Of a stretch of DNA of 64,000 nt, positions 29,209-36,184 are shown piece by piece (position 1 is the stretch's first letter; each line of letters begins with the position of its first letter). The notes beneath the pieces are model-generated. The model was not told where the DNA came from and did no database searches. It was given only the letters and a program-made list of their open reading frames with translations. Position numbers and translations under genes: made by a program. The stretch is from Thiosocius teredinicola (GTDB lineage: Bacteria > Pseudomonadota > Gammaproteobacteria > Chromatiales > Chromatiaceae). The DNA lies in assembly GCF_002009425.1 (NCBI RefSeq), contig NZ_CP019936.1:1721297-1785296 (forward strand). Reading direction: 5' to 3'.

Positions 29209-29829
29209 CTAGTGTGAAATCAAGGTGCGTGCAATGCCGACCAATTGGCGGCGCTGCTTGTCGTCCATGTCCGAATAGATCGTCATCAGTTCGCGCAGTT
29301 CGTCGGGAAACGAGGCGCACAGGCCATCCGACTCGATATGTTGTTCGTCCAGCCACGTTCGCGGTTTGTCGCCGGCTTTCTCTATCTTGCGCGCCAGGCG
29401 ATCGCCGATATGCTTGAAGGGGTTATCGATGTGCTCGATGACCGTCGACGGTTTGAGATGCAGATCGGCGATGAAGGCCGCGGTGGCGTCCTGCGAGGTG
29501 TCGGCGGCCATCTGGTACAGATAGACGAGATTTTGATGACGCACTGCCTGCAGGTCGCGTTCGCCGGATCGAATCGGCCCGAGGCCAAACATGATCCAGC
29601 AAACAGAGGTGCCGGTGAGCTTGGCGATTGTTGTGACATCGTTGGGGTGGGGCATGGAGTAACCTGCCTCGTACCACGACAGCCTGTTCTCCGGCCATTT
29701 CGGCAACTTGCGTTTGAACTCCTTCGCCGATTTGAAGCCGGCCATCTTGCGTGCCTGCGCGATACGTTTGCCGATCTTTATGGCAAGAGGATCTTTGGTG
29801 CGCGAAGGGGATGAATGAATTTTTGTCAT
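29209..29829 (-). CDS. XRE-family helix-turn-helix transcriptional regulator (phage-repressor-like)
   Basis: HTH segment IGKRIAQARKMAGFKSAKEFKRKL...DVTTIAKLTGTSVCWIMFG. Start at the internal ATG (MTKIHSS). Sits at the edge of the tRNA islet. Confidence 0.65.
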   Translation of the reverse strand: MTKIHSSPSRTKDPLAIKIGKRIAQARKMAGFKSAKEFKRKLPKWPENRLSWYEAGYSMPHPNDVTTIAKLTGTSVCWIMFGLGPIRSGERDLQAVRHQNLVYLYQMAADTSQDATAAFIADLHLKPSTVIEHIDNPFKHIGDRLARKIEKAGDKPRTWLDEQHIESDGLCASFPDELRELMTIYSDMDDKQRRQLVGIARTLISH

Positions 29830-29926
29830 ATGCAAAAAAAGTTCTTGCAAAGTAAGTTTTGCCAATTATACTTTGCGCCATTCCAGCGGGGTATGCCCGC
29901 GATAACTTTTTTTACTGGAGTTGAAC

Positions 29927-30079
29927 GTGCGTTTTCTGAACGAGCCAAGAACACAAGCCGAACGCGATGTGCGGTCAGTACTGACCGTCGCGGGCAGTCT
30001 GTGCTCGTTTGCGGTCCGGGGTGTCGACGGGTTTGTTGGCACGCTTGGCGACAAGCAACTGAAGATTGGTATGAATTGA
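29927..30079 (+). CDS. small hypothetical ORF (50 aa, GTG start with GGAG Shine-Dalgarno), divergent from the XRE gene and ending before a strong terminator
   Basis: ggag-N8-GTG. Translation MRFLNEPRTQAERDVRSVLTVAGSLCSFAVRGVDGFVGTLGDKQLKIGMN. No homology recognised. Confidence 0.3.
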   Translation: MRFLNEPRTQAERDVRSVLTVAGSLCSFAVRGVDGFVGTLGDKQLKIGMN

Positions 30080-30135
30080 CGCACTGCGATTGAAGGATCG
30101 GAGGCGTCGAGATGGATTGACGCCTTCCGGAAAGA

Positions 30136-30167
30136 ACCCCGGTAGGTGATGAACCCCGGGGTTTTTT
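30136..30167 (+). terminator. rho-independent terminator (ccccgg...ccgggg followed by T7), preceded by a second 9-bp hairpin
   Basis: aaccccggtaggtgatgaaccccggggttttttt. An upstream hairpin ggaggcgtc...gacgcctcc sits at ~30099-30127. Confidence 0.7.
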
Positions 30168-30195
30168 TGTGCCCGGTGGTTGGGAATTGAACAAC

Positions 30196-30432
30196 AGGTC
30201 GCTGGTGTAACGGTTAGCACATCGGCCGGTCAGGAAAGCGTTGGTGATTCTGGGCAGATTGAGAAGTGTTCGAAACAGACTGAATCAAGGCGCGAATCGC
30301 GCGTAATAGCGAGCTATTGCGAAGATTCGTAACGCTTAGTCGGTTTGTTTCGAGCGCTTGGCAACTGACCACGAATTGCCAACGCTTTCCTCAAGCCGAA
30401 AGGTACAGGTTCGAATCCTGTGCGACCTACCA
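30196..30432 (+). tRNA. tRNA-Asp(GUC)-like gene interrupted in the anticodon loop by a 158-bp insertion (putative disrupted or unusually processed tRNA)
   Basis: 5' half: acceptor aggtcgc, D-arm gtgt-aacggtta-gcac, anticodon stem tcggc. 3' half ~165 nt downstream: gccga, variable aaggt, T-arm acagg-ttcgaat-cctgt, acceptor gcgacct, then a + cca. All four stems are fully complementary. Removing the insert and one TCA copy restores a 7-nt loop cggtcaa with anticodon GUC. Confidence 0.6.
30233..30390. mobile_element. 158-bp MITE-like insertion with 12-bp perfect terminal inverted repeats (GGAAAGCGTTGG...CCAACGCTTTCC) flanked by a 3-bp TCA direct repeat, inserted in the tRNA anticodon loop
   Basis: The TIRs are exact reverse complements. 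TCA is duplicated on both flanks. The interior contains a 7-bp hairpin (ttggcaa...ttgccaa). No coding capacity. Confidence 0.55.
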
Positions 30433-30436
30433 GACT

Positions 30437-30513
30437 GCGCTCATGGCCAAATGGATGAAGGCACCCGGTTGCGAACTGGGAGATTCCGGGTTCGAGTCCT
30501 GGTGAGCGCGCCA
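30437..30513 (+). tRNA. 77-nt cloverleaf tRNA with anticodon GCG (Arg-decoding) but a Ser/Leu-type D-arm (3-bp GCC/GGC stem, 11-nt loop) and a short variable loop; a non-canonical tRNA
   Basis: Acceptor gcgctca/tgagcgc, then g and an encoded CCA. Anticodon arm cccgg-ttGCGaa-ctggg with U33 and A37. T-arm ccggg-ttcgagt-cctgg. Flanked by a 10-bp inverted repeat cagactgcgc/gcgcagtctg. Confidence 0.6.
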
Positions 30514-30569
30514 AGTCGCGCAGTCTGCAGAGGCGGACTGCTTGTTCAACGTGAGAAAGGAGGTGTGCC

Positions 30570-30647
30570 ATGCCACGCATCAAATGGGACGACGAACGTT
30601 GGGAAGACCGGGCCAATAGCTTTCGAAAAGATGTCGAAGCGGAGTAA
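30570..30647 (+). CDS. 25-aa small ORF with a perfect AAGGAGG Shine-Dalgarno ([25 protein letters not shown])
   Basis: gagaaaggaggtgtgccATG. The ORF terminates with TAA, overlapping the next ORF start. Confidence 0.4.
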   Translation: MPRIKWDDERWEDRANSFRKDVEAE

Positions 30648-30825
30648 GGGTTATCCGTCGGAAACAAACGTGAAGCGCGGAGAACGCATCGTAAACAAAG
30701 ACAAGGAACTGCTGGAAAAATTGGGTCGGAACGATCCGTGCCCGTGCGGCTCGGGCCGTAGGTTTCAAGCAGTGCTGCCTCGAAAGGAAGTCCTTTCGAC
30801 AGCAGTGATCGCAAGGATTACGTAA
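30631..30825 (+). pseudogene. SEC-C-motif (YchJ/SecA C-terminal zinc-binding motif) small protein gene with an apparent +1 frameshift inside the metal-binding motif
   Basis: Translation reaches ...[21 protein letters not shown], then reads QAVLP... A 1-nt shift after ttt-c restores [13 protein letters not shown]-stop, matching the consensus CPCGSGKKFKKCC. Confidence 0.5.
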
Positions 30826-30854
30826 GAGATTGAAGGGCGGGTCGTATTGGCGCT

Positions 30855-30885
30855 GCTGTCCTTCAAATGAACTCCCTCGAAGCGG
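30855..30885 (+). repeat. tRNA-like acceptor/T-arm minihelix element (ccctcga-a-gcgg-ttcgact-ccgc-tcggggg)
   Basis: A 7-bp stem stacked on a 4-bp stem with a T-loop-like ttcgact loop. A related copy lies at 31096-31130. Confidence 0.4.
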
Positions 30886-31015
30886 TTCGACTCCGCTCGG
30901 GGGAACAAGGTCCTCATCAGGACGTTGCGTGACCGTGGTTGGGCTTCAGAACGCCCGCCGGCGCCGCCTGCACTGCAGTCCGGTGTACCGCACGCAATGG
31001 TCGATGGAGACTCCA

Positions 31016-31089
31016 CTGGATATAGCTCAGTTGGGTAGAGCAATCGCCTTACACGCGATCAGTCAGAGGTTCGAATCCTCTTATCTAGA
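31016..31089 (+). tRNA. tRNA-Val(UAC)
   Basis: Acceptor ctggata/tatctag (one G-U pair), D-arm gctc-agttgggta-gagc, anticodon arm atcgc-ctTACac-gcgat, T-arm agagg-ttcgaat-cctct, discriminator A. CCA is not encoded. Confidence 0.8.
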
Positions 31090-31095
31090 CCTGGA

Positions 31096-31130
31096 AAGGG
31101 CGAGAGCCCCGCGGTTCGATTCCGCTTACA
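31096..31130 (+). other. tRNA 3'-half-like fragment (hairpin gggc-gaga-gccc plus T-arm-like gcgg-ttcgatt-ccgc), related to the element at 30855-30885
   Basis: Contains a T-loop consensus ttcgatt but no matching 5' acceptor or D-arm. An inverted repeat ccgcgat...atcgcgg lies further downstream. Confidence 0.4.
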
Positions 31131-31429
31131 CCCGAGGCAAGGCCCCGGTGAGTTCCGCGATCGTGTATCGCGGATGTCGTCTCACAGCATGCTGGATGCC
31201 TGCGTGACGCCGAGCCGGTAACGGCCAGTGCGCTTCCCATCGCGATGGATGGTCAGACCAGGGACGGTCAGCCAGACAAAACGACCGGAAGCGCACCCGC
31301 TGCTATCGATCGATGTCACCCGCACCGTGCATGTGGGGCCGAGCCTTTTCGAAGCGCATCTTCGGGTGCGCTTCGCAAAGGCGAACGGAAGTTCACGAGG
31401 AATGCACTAACGATAACAAGGAGAAGAAA

Positions 31430-32572
31430 ATGATGATGTTCAAGCATTTTGTGGTCGCTCAGCACGAACGCGCCTTGCTGTACCGTGACCGTCAGTTGGT
31501 CGCCGTGCTTGCACCGGGCGTACACCGCTACTTCGACCCGACCGGTCGGATTTCGGCAACTGTGTTCGACCTGTCGCAGACCGAATTCGCGGATGCCAAC
31601 GCGGACCTGTTGATGAAGACCTCGGGCGACTTGCTCGACGGTTACCTGATGCAGGTCTTGATGGGTGATCACGAGGTCGGCCTGGTGTACCGCGACGACA
31701 CCTTCGTTACGGCATTGGCGCCGGGCGAGCGCAAGGTGTTCTGGAAGTTGCCGCACCAGTTGCGTGTTGAACGCGTTGCGGTCGACACCGAGCTGCAGGT
31801 GGCCAAGCAATTGGTCGATGCGATTGTGCGTACCAAAGGTGGCGTCGTGTCGCGTGCATTGATGCCGTTCGTCTACAGCGCCGAAGTGGCGGACAACCAG
31901 GTTGGCCTGTTGTTTGTCGACGGTGAGATGGCACAGGCATTGAAGCCGGGTTATTACGTGTACTGGGCGGTCAAACGCCGTGTGGTGGTTGAGCCGTACG
32001 ATACCCGTATCCAGGCCATGGAAGTGCAGGGCCAGGAGATCCTGACCCGCGACAAGGTGTCGCTGCGGGTGAACCTCGGTGCACAGTACCGTGTGGCCGA
32101 TGCGGTGAAGGCACGCGCTGATCTGCAACAGCCGATCGAATGGCTGTACCGTGAACTGCAGTTTGCGTTGCGCCAGGCGGTGGGTTCGCGCGATCTCGAC
32201 AAACTGTTGGAAGACAAGGAACGTGTCGACCACGAAGTGTTCGAGAAGGTGGTGGCCACGGCTGCAGAGCACGGTTTCGATCTGCGTAGCGTGGGTATCC
32301 GCGACGTCATCCTGCCGGGTGACATGAAGGATATCCTGAACCAGGTCGTGCAGGCCGAAAAAGCCGCTCAGGCGAACGTCATCAAGCGACGTGAAGAAAC
32401 GGCAGCGACCCGTTCGCTGTTGAACACGGCAAAGCTGATGGACGAGAACCCGACCTTGCTGCGCCTGAAAGAGTTGGAAACGCTCGAGAAGGTGACCGAG
32501 AAGGTCGATCGCCTGACCGTGTTTGGTGGTCTCGACGGCGTGTTGAAAGACACGGTCAAGATCAATGTTTAA
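31430..32572 (+). CDS. SPFH/band-7 (stomatin/flotillin-like) domain protein without a predicted TM, with a C-terminal coiled coil
   Basis: Start at the internal ATG MMMFKHF with an AAGGAGAAG Shine-Dalgarno. SPFH-like core VSLRVNLGAQYRVADAV. C-terminal Glu/Lys/Leu-rich helices. Confidence 0.7.
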   Translation: MMMFKHFVVAQHERALLYRDRQLVAVLAPGVHRYFDPTGRISATVFDLSQTEFADANADLLMKTSGDLLDGYLMQVLMGDHEVGLVYRDDTFVTALAPGERKVFWKLPHQLRVERVAVDTELQVAKQLVDAIVRTKGGVVSRALMPFVYSAEVADNQVGLLFVDGEMAQALKPGYYVYWAVKRRVVVEPYDTRIQAMEVQGQEILTRDKVSLRVNLGAQYRVADAVKARADLQQPIEWLYRELQFALRQAVGSRDLDKLLEDKERVDHEVFEKVVATAAEHGFDLRSVGIRDVILPGDMKDILNQVVQAEKAAQANVIKRREETAATRSLLNTAKLMDENPTLLRLKELETLEKVTEKVDRLTVFGGLDGVLKDTVKINV

Positions 32573-32653
32573 CGTTAACCCGCCCGGTCGTTGTGGTTCG
32601 CCACACGCCGGGCACAAACTCAATGGAAGACAACAGGACGAGGGAGAAGAACG

Positions 32654-33853
32654 ATGCCTGTTAAACATACCCTGAACAAGGGCAAGGTGCCGGTACATAT
32701 CTGGACCGAGGATGCCGAGTCGCAGGCGATGACGCAGTTGGCGAACATCGCGCAGCTGCCGTTCGTGCATCACCACGTGGCGGCGATGCCGGATGTGCAT
32801 GCGGGTATCGGTGCAACCGTCGGTTCGGTGATCCCGACCAAAGGCGCGATCGTGCCGGCGGCCGTTGGTGTGGATATCGGCTGCGGCATGAACGCGCTGC
32901 GTACCTCGCTGAAGGCCGAAGACCTGCCGGAGAGCCTGCGTCGCGTGCGAAACGCGGTCGAGGCGGCAATCCCGGTCGGCTTTGATATGCATAAGAACGA
33001 TCCGGTGAAGCGATCGACCATCACGCCGATGGCCAAAGGCCTGGACGTGATCATCGACAAGCATCCGGCGCTTGCGCGTATGCAGAAGAAGCGTCCGTAC
33101 GATGTCTGGGTGCGTCAACTGGCGACACTCGGCGGCGGCAACCACTTTATCGAGCTGTGCCTGGACGAGGTGGGTGATGTCTGGATCATGTTGCACTCCG
33201 GTTCACGTGGAATCGGCAACATCATCGGGCGCTACTTCATCAACCTGGCGCGACACGATATGGGTGACCAGCTGGGCCGACTGCCCGACAAAGATCTGGC
33301 GTACTTCACCGAGGGTGCGAAGCACTTCGAGGACTATGTCGAGGCGGTGCATTGGGCGCAGGACTACGCGATGGTCAACCGTCGGGAAATGATGCGCTCG
33401 ATCATCTCGGCACTGGAGAAGTATCTGCCGCCGTTCACGATCACCAAAGAGGCGATCAACTGCCACCATAACTATGTGGCACGTGAAACCCACTTCGGTG
33501 CCGACGTGTACGTAACGCGCAAAGGTGCGATCCGGGCCGGCGAAGGTGAGCTGGGCATCATCCCGGGCTCGATGGGCGCCAAGTCGTACATCGTGCGCGG
33601 TAAAGGCAATGCCGAGTCGTTCTGCTCGTGTTCGCACGGCGCGGGCCGACGCATGTCGCGTAGCAAGGCGAAGAAGCAGTTCAGCCAGACGGACCTGGAA
33701 CACCAGACCGAGGGTGTTGAATGTCGCAAAGACAGCGGGGTGATCGACGAGATCCCCGGTGCCTATAAAGACATCGACGTGGTAATGGCGAACCAGACCG
33801 ACCTGGTTGAAGTGGTACACACACTGAAACAGGTGCTGTGTGTGAAAGGCTGA
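32654..33853 (+). CDS. rtcB: RNA-splicing ligase RtcB (3'-phosphate/5'-hydroxyl nucleic acid ligase)
   Basis: Conserved motifs MPDVHAGIGATVGSV, GGGNHFIEL, HSGSRGIGN, NCHHNY and SHGAGR. Start at the internal ATG with a GGAGAAG Shine-Dalgarno. Confidence 0.9.
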   Translation: MPVKHTLNKGKVPVHIWTEDAESQAMTQLANIAQLPFVHHHVAAMPDVHAGIGATVGSVIPTKGAIVPAAVGVDIGCGMNALRTSLKAEDLPESLRRVRNAVEAAIPVGFDMHKNDPVKRSTITPMAKGLDVIIDKHPALARMQKKRPYDVWVRQLATLGGGNHFIELCLDEVGDVWIMLHSGSRGIGNIIGRYFINLARHDMGDQLGRLPDKDLAYFTEGAKHFEDYVEAVHWAQDYAMVNRREMMRSIISALEKYLPPFTITKEAINCHHNYVARETHFGADVYVTRKGAIRAGEGELGIIPGSMGAKSYIVRGKGNAESFCSCSHGAGRRMSRSKAKKQFSQTDLEHQTEGVECRKDSGVIDEIPGAYKDIDVVMANQTDLVEVVHTLKQVLCVKG

Positions 33854-33854
33854 G

Positions 33855-33881
33855 TGGGCCGGGGCTTCGGCCCACTCTTTT
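33855..33881 (+). terminator. rho-independent terminator after rtcB
   Basis: gtgggccggggcttcggcccac followed by tcttttt. Confidence 0.75.
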
Positions 33882-33894
33882 TACGAAACCAGTA

Positions 33895-34110
33895 ATGGAA
33901 GCAAAAGCAATGGCGAACAAGACCAACAAGGCAAGAAACCTGTTGCACAACCACCCGATGATGAAGAAGGGTGGCGTGCATCAGAAATCGAACAAGGCAC
34001 AACGTAAAAAGGAGAAAATGGCGCTGCGCAAGGCGTGGTTTTCTCCGAGTGCAGCCATGTCGGCTGTATTCGGAGAAGACCGTGCACGCATTGACATGGT
34101 TCATTGTTAA
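33895..34110 (+). CDS. small highly basic hypothetical protein (71 aa)
   Basis: ORF within listed 33838..34110, after the terminator. Lys/Arg-rich (KARNLLHNHPMMKKGGVHQKSNKAQRKKEKMALRKAW). Lower-GC region. Confidence 0.35.
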   Translation: MEAKAMANKTNKARNLLHNHPMMKKGGVHQKSNKAQRKKEKMALRKAWFSPSAAMSAVFGEDRARIDMVHC

Positions 34111-34223
34111 TTGGGGTTAGTTCTGTTCAGGCGATCGTTGCTCAATCAGTTAGACTCGATATTGTTGCTGCTGATGGAGTCGTGGTACCGTTTCGCGCCA
34201 ATGACTAGCAATGGAGATGCAGC

Positions 34224-34589
34224 ATGCCATGGCAATACAGTCAGAGTACTGGAGTACTCACAAGGGATGGGCGCGTAGTCGGAACCGGCTATTCGGGAGC
34301 AGCTGGCGTTGGGCGAAACAATCCAGATGCCGAGCGACTGACTGACGTGGGTCCGATACCGCGAGGTCAGTATCGAATTGGGGCTCAATATTCGCATCAG
34401 TCGAAAGGGCCCGTTACTATGGCGTTAAATCCCGTCAATCACTCAGCGCATGGTCGAATGCATTTTCTCATTCACGGAGACAGTATCCGGAATCCCGGCA
34501 ATGCTTCTCAAGGTTGTATTATTCTTCGGCGTGATATCCGAGAACGTATTGCCAACAGCGGTGATGCAGTTTTGGAGATTGTGAGATGA
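34224..34589 (+). CDS. Tlde1-like/DUF2778-type L,D-transpeptidase-fold toxin domain protein
   Basis: The motif HFLIHGDSIRNPGNASQGCIIL matches the His...Ser-x-Gly-Cys catalytic signature of YkuD/Tlde1 L,D-transpeptidase domains. Low-GC islet. GGAG Shine-Dalgarno. Confidence 0.6.
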   Translation: MPWQYSQSTGVLTRDGRVVGTGYSGAAGVGRNNPDAERLTDVGPIPRGQYRIGAQYSHQSKGPVTMALNPVNHSAHGRMHFLIHGDSIRNPGNASQGCIILRRDIRERIANSGDAVLEIVR

Positions 34590-34942
34590 CCCGTTTGTCT
34601 ATAGCGATCGTGGTGCTGACACTGTTTTCTAGTCCAGCGGTCGCCGACCCGGATTGTACTAGCCCCGATGCTTGGCCGGCCGGTATGGCGTTCACGCATC
34701 TGAAGAACGCGGGGTTGGTGACCAACTACAACTTGGATTTCGATAAAACGACCGTAACCCGATTGGCATCGGAAAGAGTGGGTGACGACCTCTATCGCCA
34801 GATTCACAGAGTGTCGTTTGTGAGAAAGTCTGGAGCAAAACTCGAAGCAATTACCGTCAATGATGCGTCGAATGAAGAGTGTTCCATGTCGGGCGTCGAC
34901 GTTTATGTCATCGAGAAGATGCTAGGCGACTTCAGCTCATAA
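34586..34942 (+). CDS. periplasmic immunity-like protein (signal peptide), translationally coupled to the upstream toxin-like gene
   Basis: ATGA overlap with the upstream gene. Signal peptide MTRLSIAIVVLTLFSSPAVA. Small soluble domain. Same low-GC islet. Confidence 0.55.
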   Translation: MTRLSIAIVVLTLFSSPAVADPDCTSPDAWPAGMAFTHLKNAGLVTNYNLDFDKTTVTRLASERVGDDLYRQIHRVSFVRKSGAKLEAITVNDASNEECSMSGVDVYVIEKMLGDFSS

Positions 34943-35090
34943 AGTCTTATCGTCATGGGATCTAGGTCTTGAGCCGGATACCCGATGCCAGAGGTGAAGT
35001 CGCCAAGCGCGGCCTACAATGACTACGCCTTTGCGCAGAATATGTCAGACGCCCAAGGCGTCGATTCAGTCGATCTCATCGTAAATTCAC

Positions 35091-36077
35091 CTAATTCTTG
35101 GCTCTAGCCGAGGACCTCCGTTTCGTCGAGGCGGCCGCGTGCGATCCGCCTTGCTGCACCGCCTTGCCGGTCCTCGCTTGCCCGGCAACCAAGGCGGGCA
35201 CAGCTTTCTCTATGTGCGTAAGGAACTCGATCATCGTATCAGACAGAGTTTTACCTCGCTTCCAGATCCACTCATAGGCGAACACTGCAGGTTCATTGTT
35301 GGAAAGGAGCAAGGGACGCGCGCTCGTATTGTTGGCTGACAATTTGCTCGTCGGCAATATGCCTGCACCGATACCGATCGACGTCCATTCTTCAATGACC
35401 TTATAGGTGAGTGCTTGTCCTGGATAGGGTGAGAACTTACAACGCTCGCTGGCAAACATTCGCTCGACCGCGTCGTTCAACCCGCAGCCGCCACCAGTCA
35501 AGATGATCGGCGCTGTAGGCAATTCAGAGATAGGCAGTGGGCCGGCTTGTTGGTCACTCTCGTCTGCTGCCGGTAGATAGCGGAGCTCGTCTCTATAGAA
35601 CGCCATAGAGTTTTCTTCGGCGGCGAGTTCGCGTGCAACAACAACTTGTATATCGATTTGCGTGGCATGTAGACGGGACGACAATTCGTCGACAAAACAC
35701 TCTTTGAAATACACATGAACATCCGGATGCCGTTGTCTGAACGGTTGTATTGCCTGGTTCAAGCGTTGCATGTCGACCAGCGGCGAAAACCCGATGCGCA
35801 ACATTTTGTGCGTCGGGTTCAGATACTGCTCCGCTGCTTCCAGCAAGTCGTCGCGGCTTTGTGCGACGCGCTGCATGTACGGCAGCAGGGTCTGGCCGAA
35901 GGGAGTGATTTCGACTTTGCGTGTCGTACGGGTGAACAACCGCCCGCCGAGTTCTTCTTCGAGCTGCGAGATCGCGTTCGACAGCGTGGGTTGGGTGGCG
36001 AAAGCGAGTTCCGCGGCACGACTGAACGACCCGGTTTGAGCGACCAGCAGGGCAAACTGCAGTTGTTTTAGGTTCAT
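35091..36077 (-). CDS. LysR-family transcriptional regulator
   Basis: N-terminal HTH MNLKQLQFALLVAQTGSFSRAAELAFATQPTLSNAISQLEEELGGRLF. LysR substrate-binding-like C-terminus. Confidence 0.85.
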   Translation of the reverse strand: MNLKQLQFALLVAQTGSFSRAAELAFATQPTLSNAISQLEEELGGRLFTRTTRKVEITPFGQTLLPYMQRVAQSRDDLLEAAEQYLNPTHKMLRIGFSPLVDMQRLNQAIQPFRQRHPDVHVYFKECFVDELSSRLHATQIDIQVVVARELAAEENSMAFYRDELRYLPAADESDQQAGPLPISELPTAPIILTGGGCGLNDAVERMFASERCKFSPYPGQALTYKVIEEWTSIGIGAGILPTSKLSANNTSARPLLLSNNEPAVFAYEWIWKRGKTLSDTMIEFLTHIEKAVPALVAGQARTGKAVQQGGSHAAASTKRRSSARAKN

Positions 36078-36184
36078 AATCAGATTTATTCGAAAATCAT
36101 ATAAATCAAATTCAGAAATAGAATTTCTAAATTATTCTAGCGGTACTTATGCTCTTCGTCGAAACATCTGACGAGGAAATACTC

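Noticed and set aside
30227-30394. Group I intron in the tRNA anticodon loop
   Set aside because: The 158-161-nt insert is smaller than any known group I core. There is no omega-G before the 3' junction and no P7-like core. The TIR+TSD structure explains it better.
30196-30432. tmRNA (ssrA) interpretation of the 237-nt RNA with tRNA-like ends
   Set aside because: There is no G3-U70 alanine identity pair and no recognisable tag reading frame (ANDENYALAA-like) or pseudoknot series. The interior has transposon-like TIRs instead.
31316-33196. 626-aa minus-strand ORF spanning the SPFH and rtcB region
   Set aside because: It is antisense to two well-supported plus-strand genes with clear motifs. 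Its translation is Arg/His-rich low-complexity, typical of GC-rich antisense frames.
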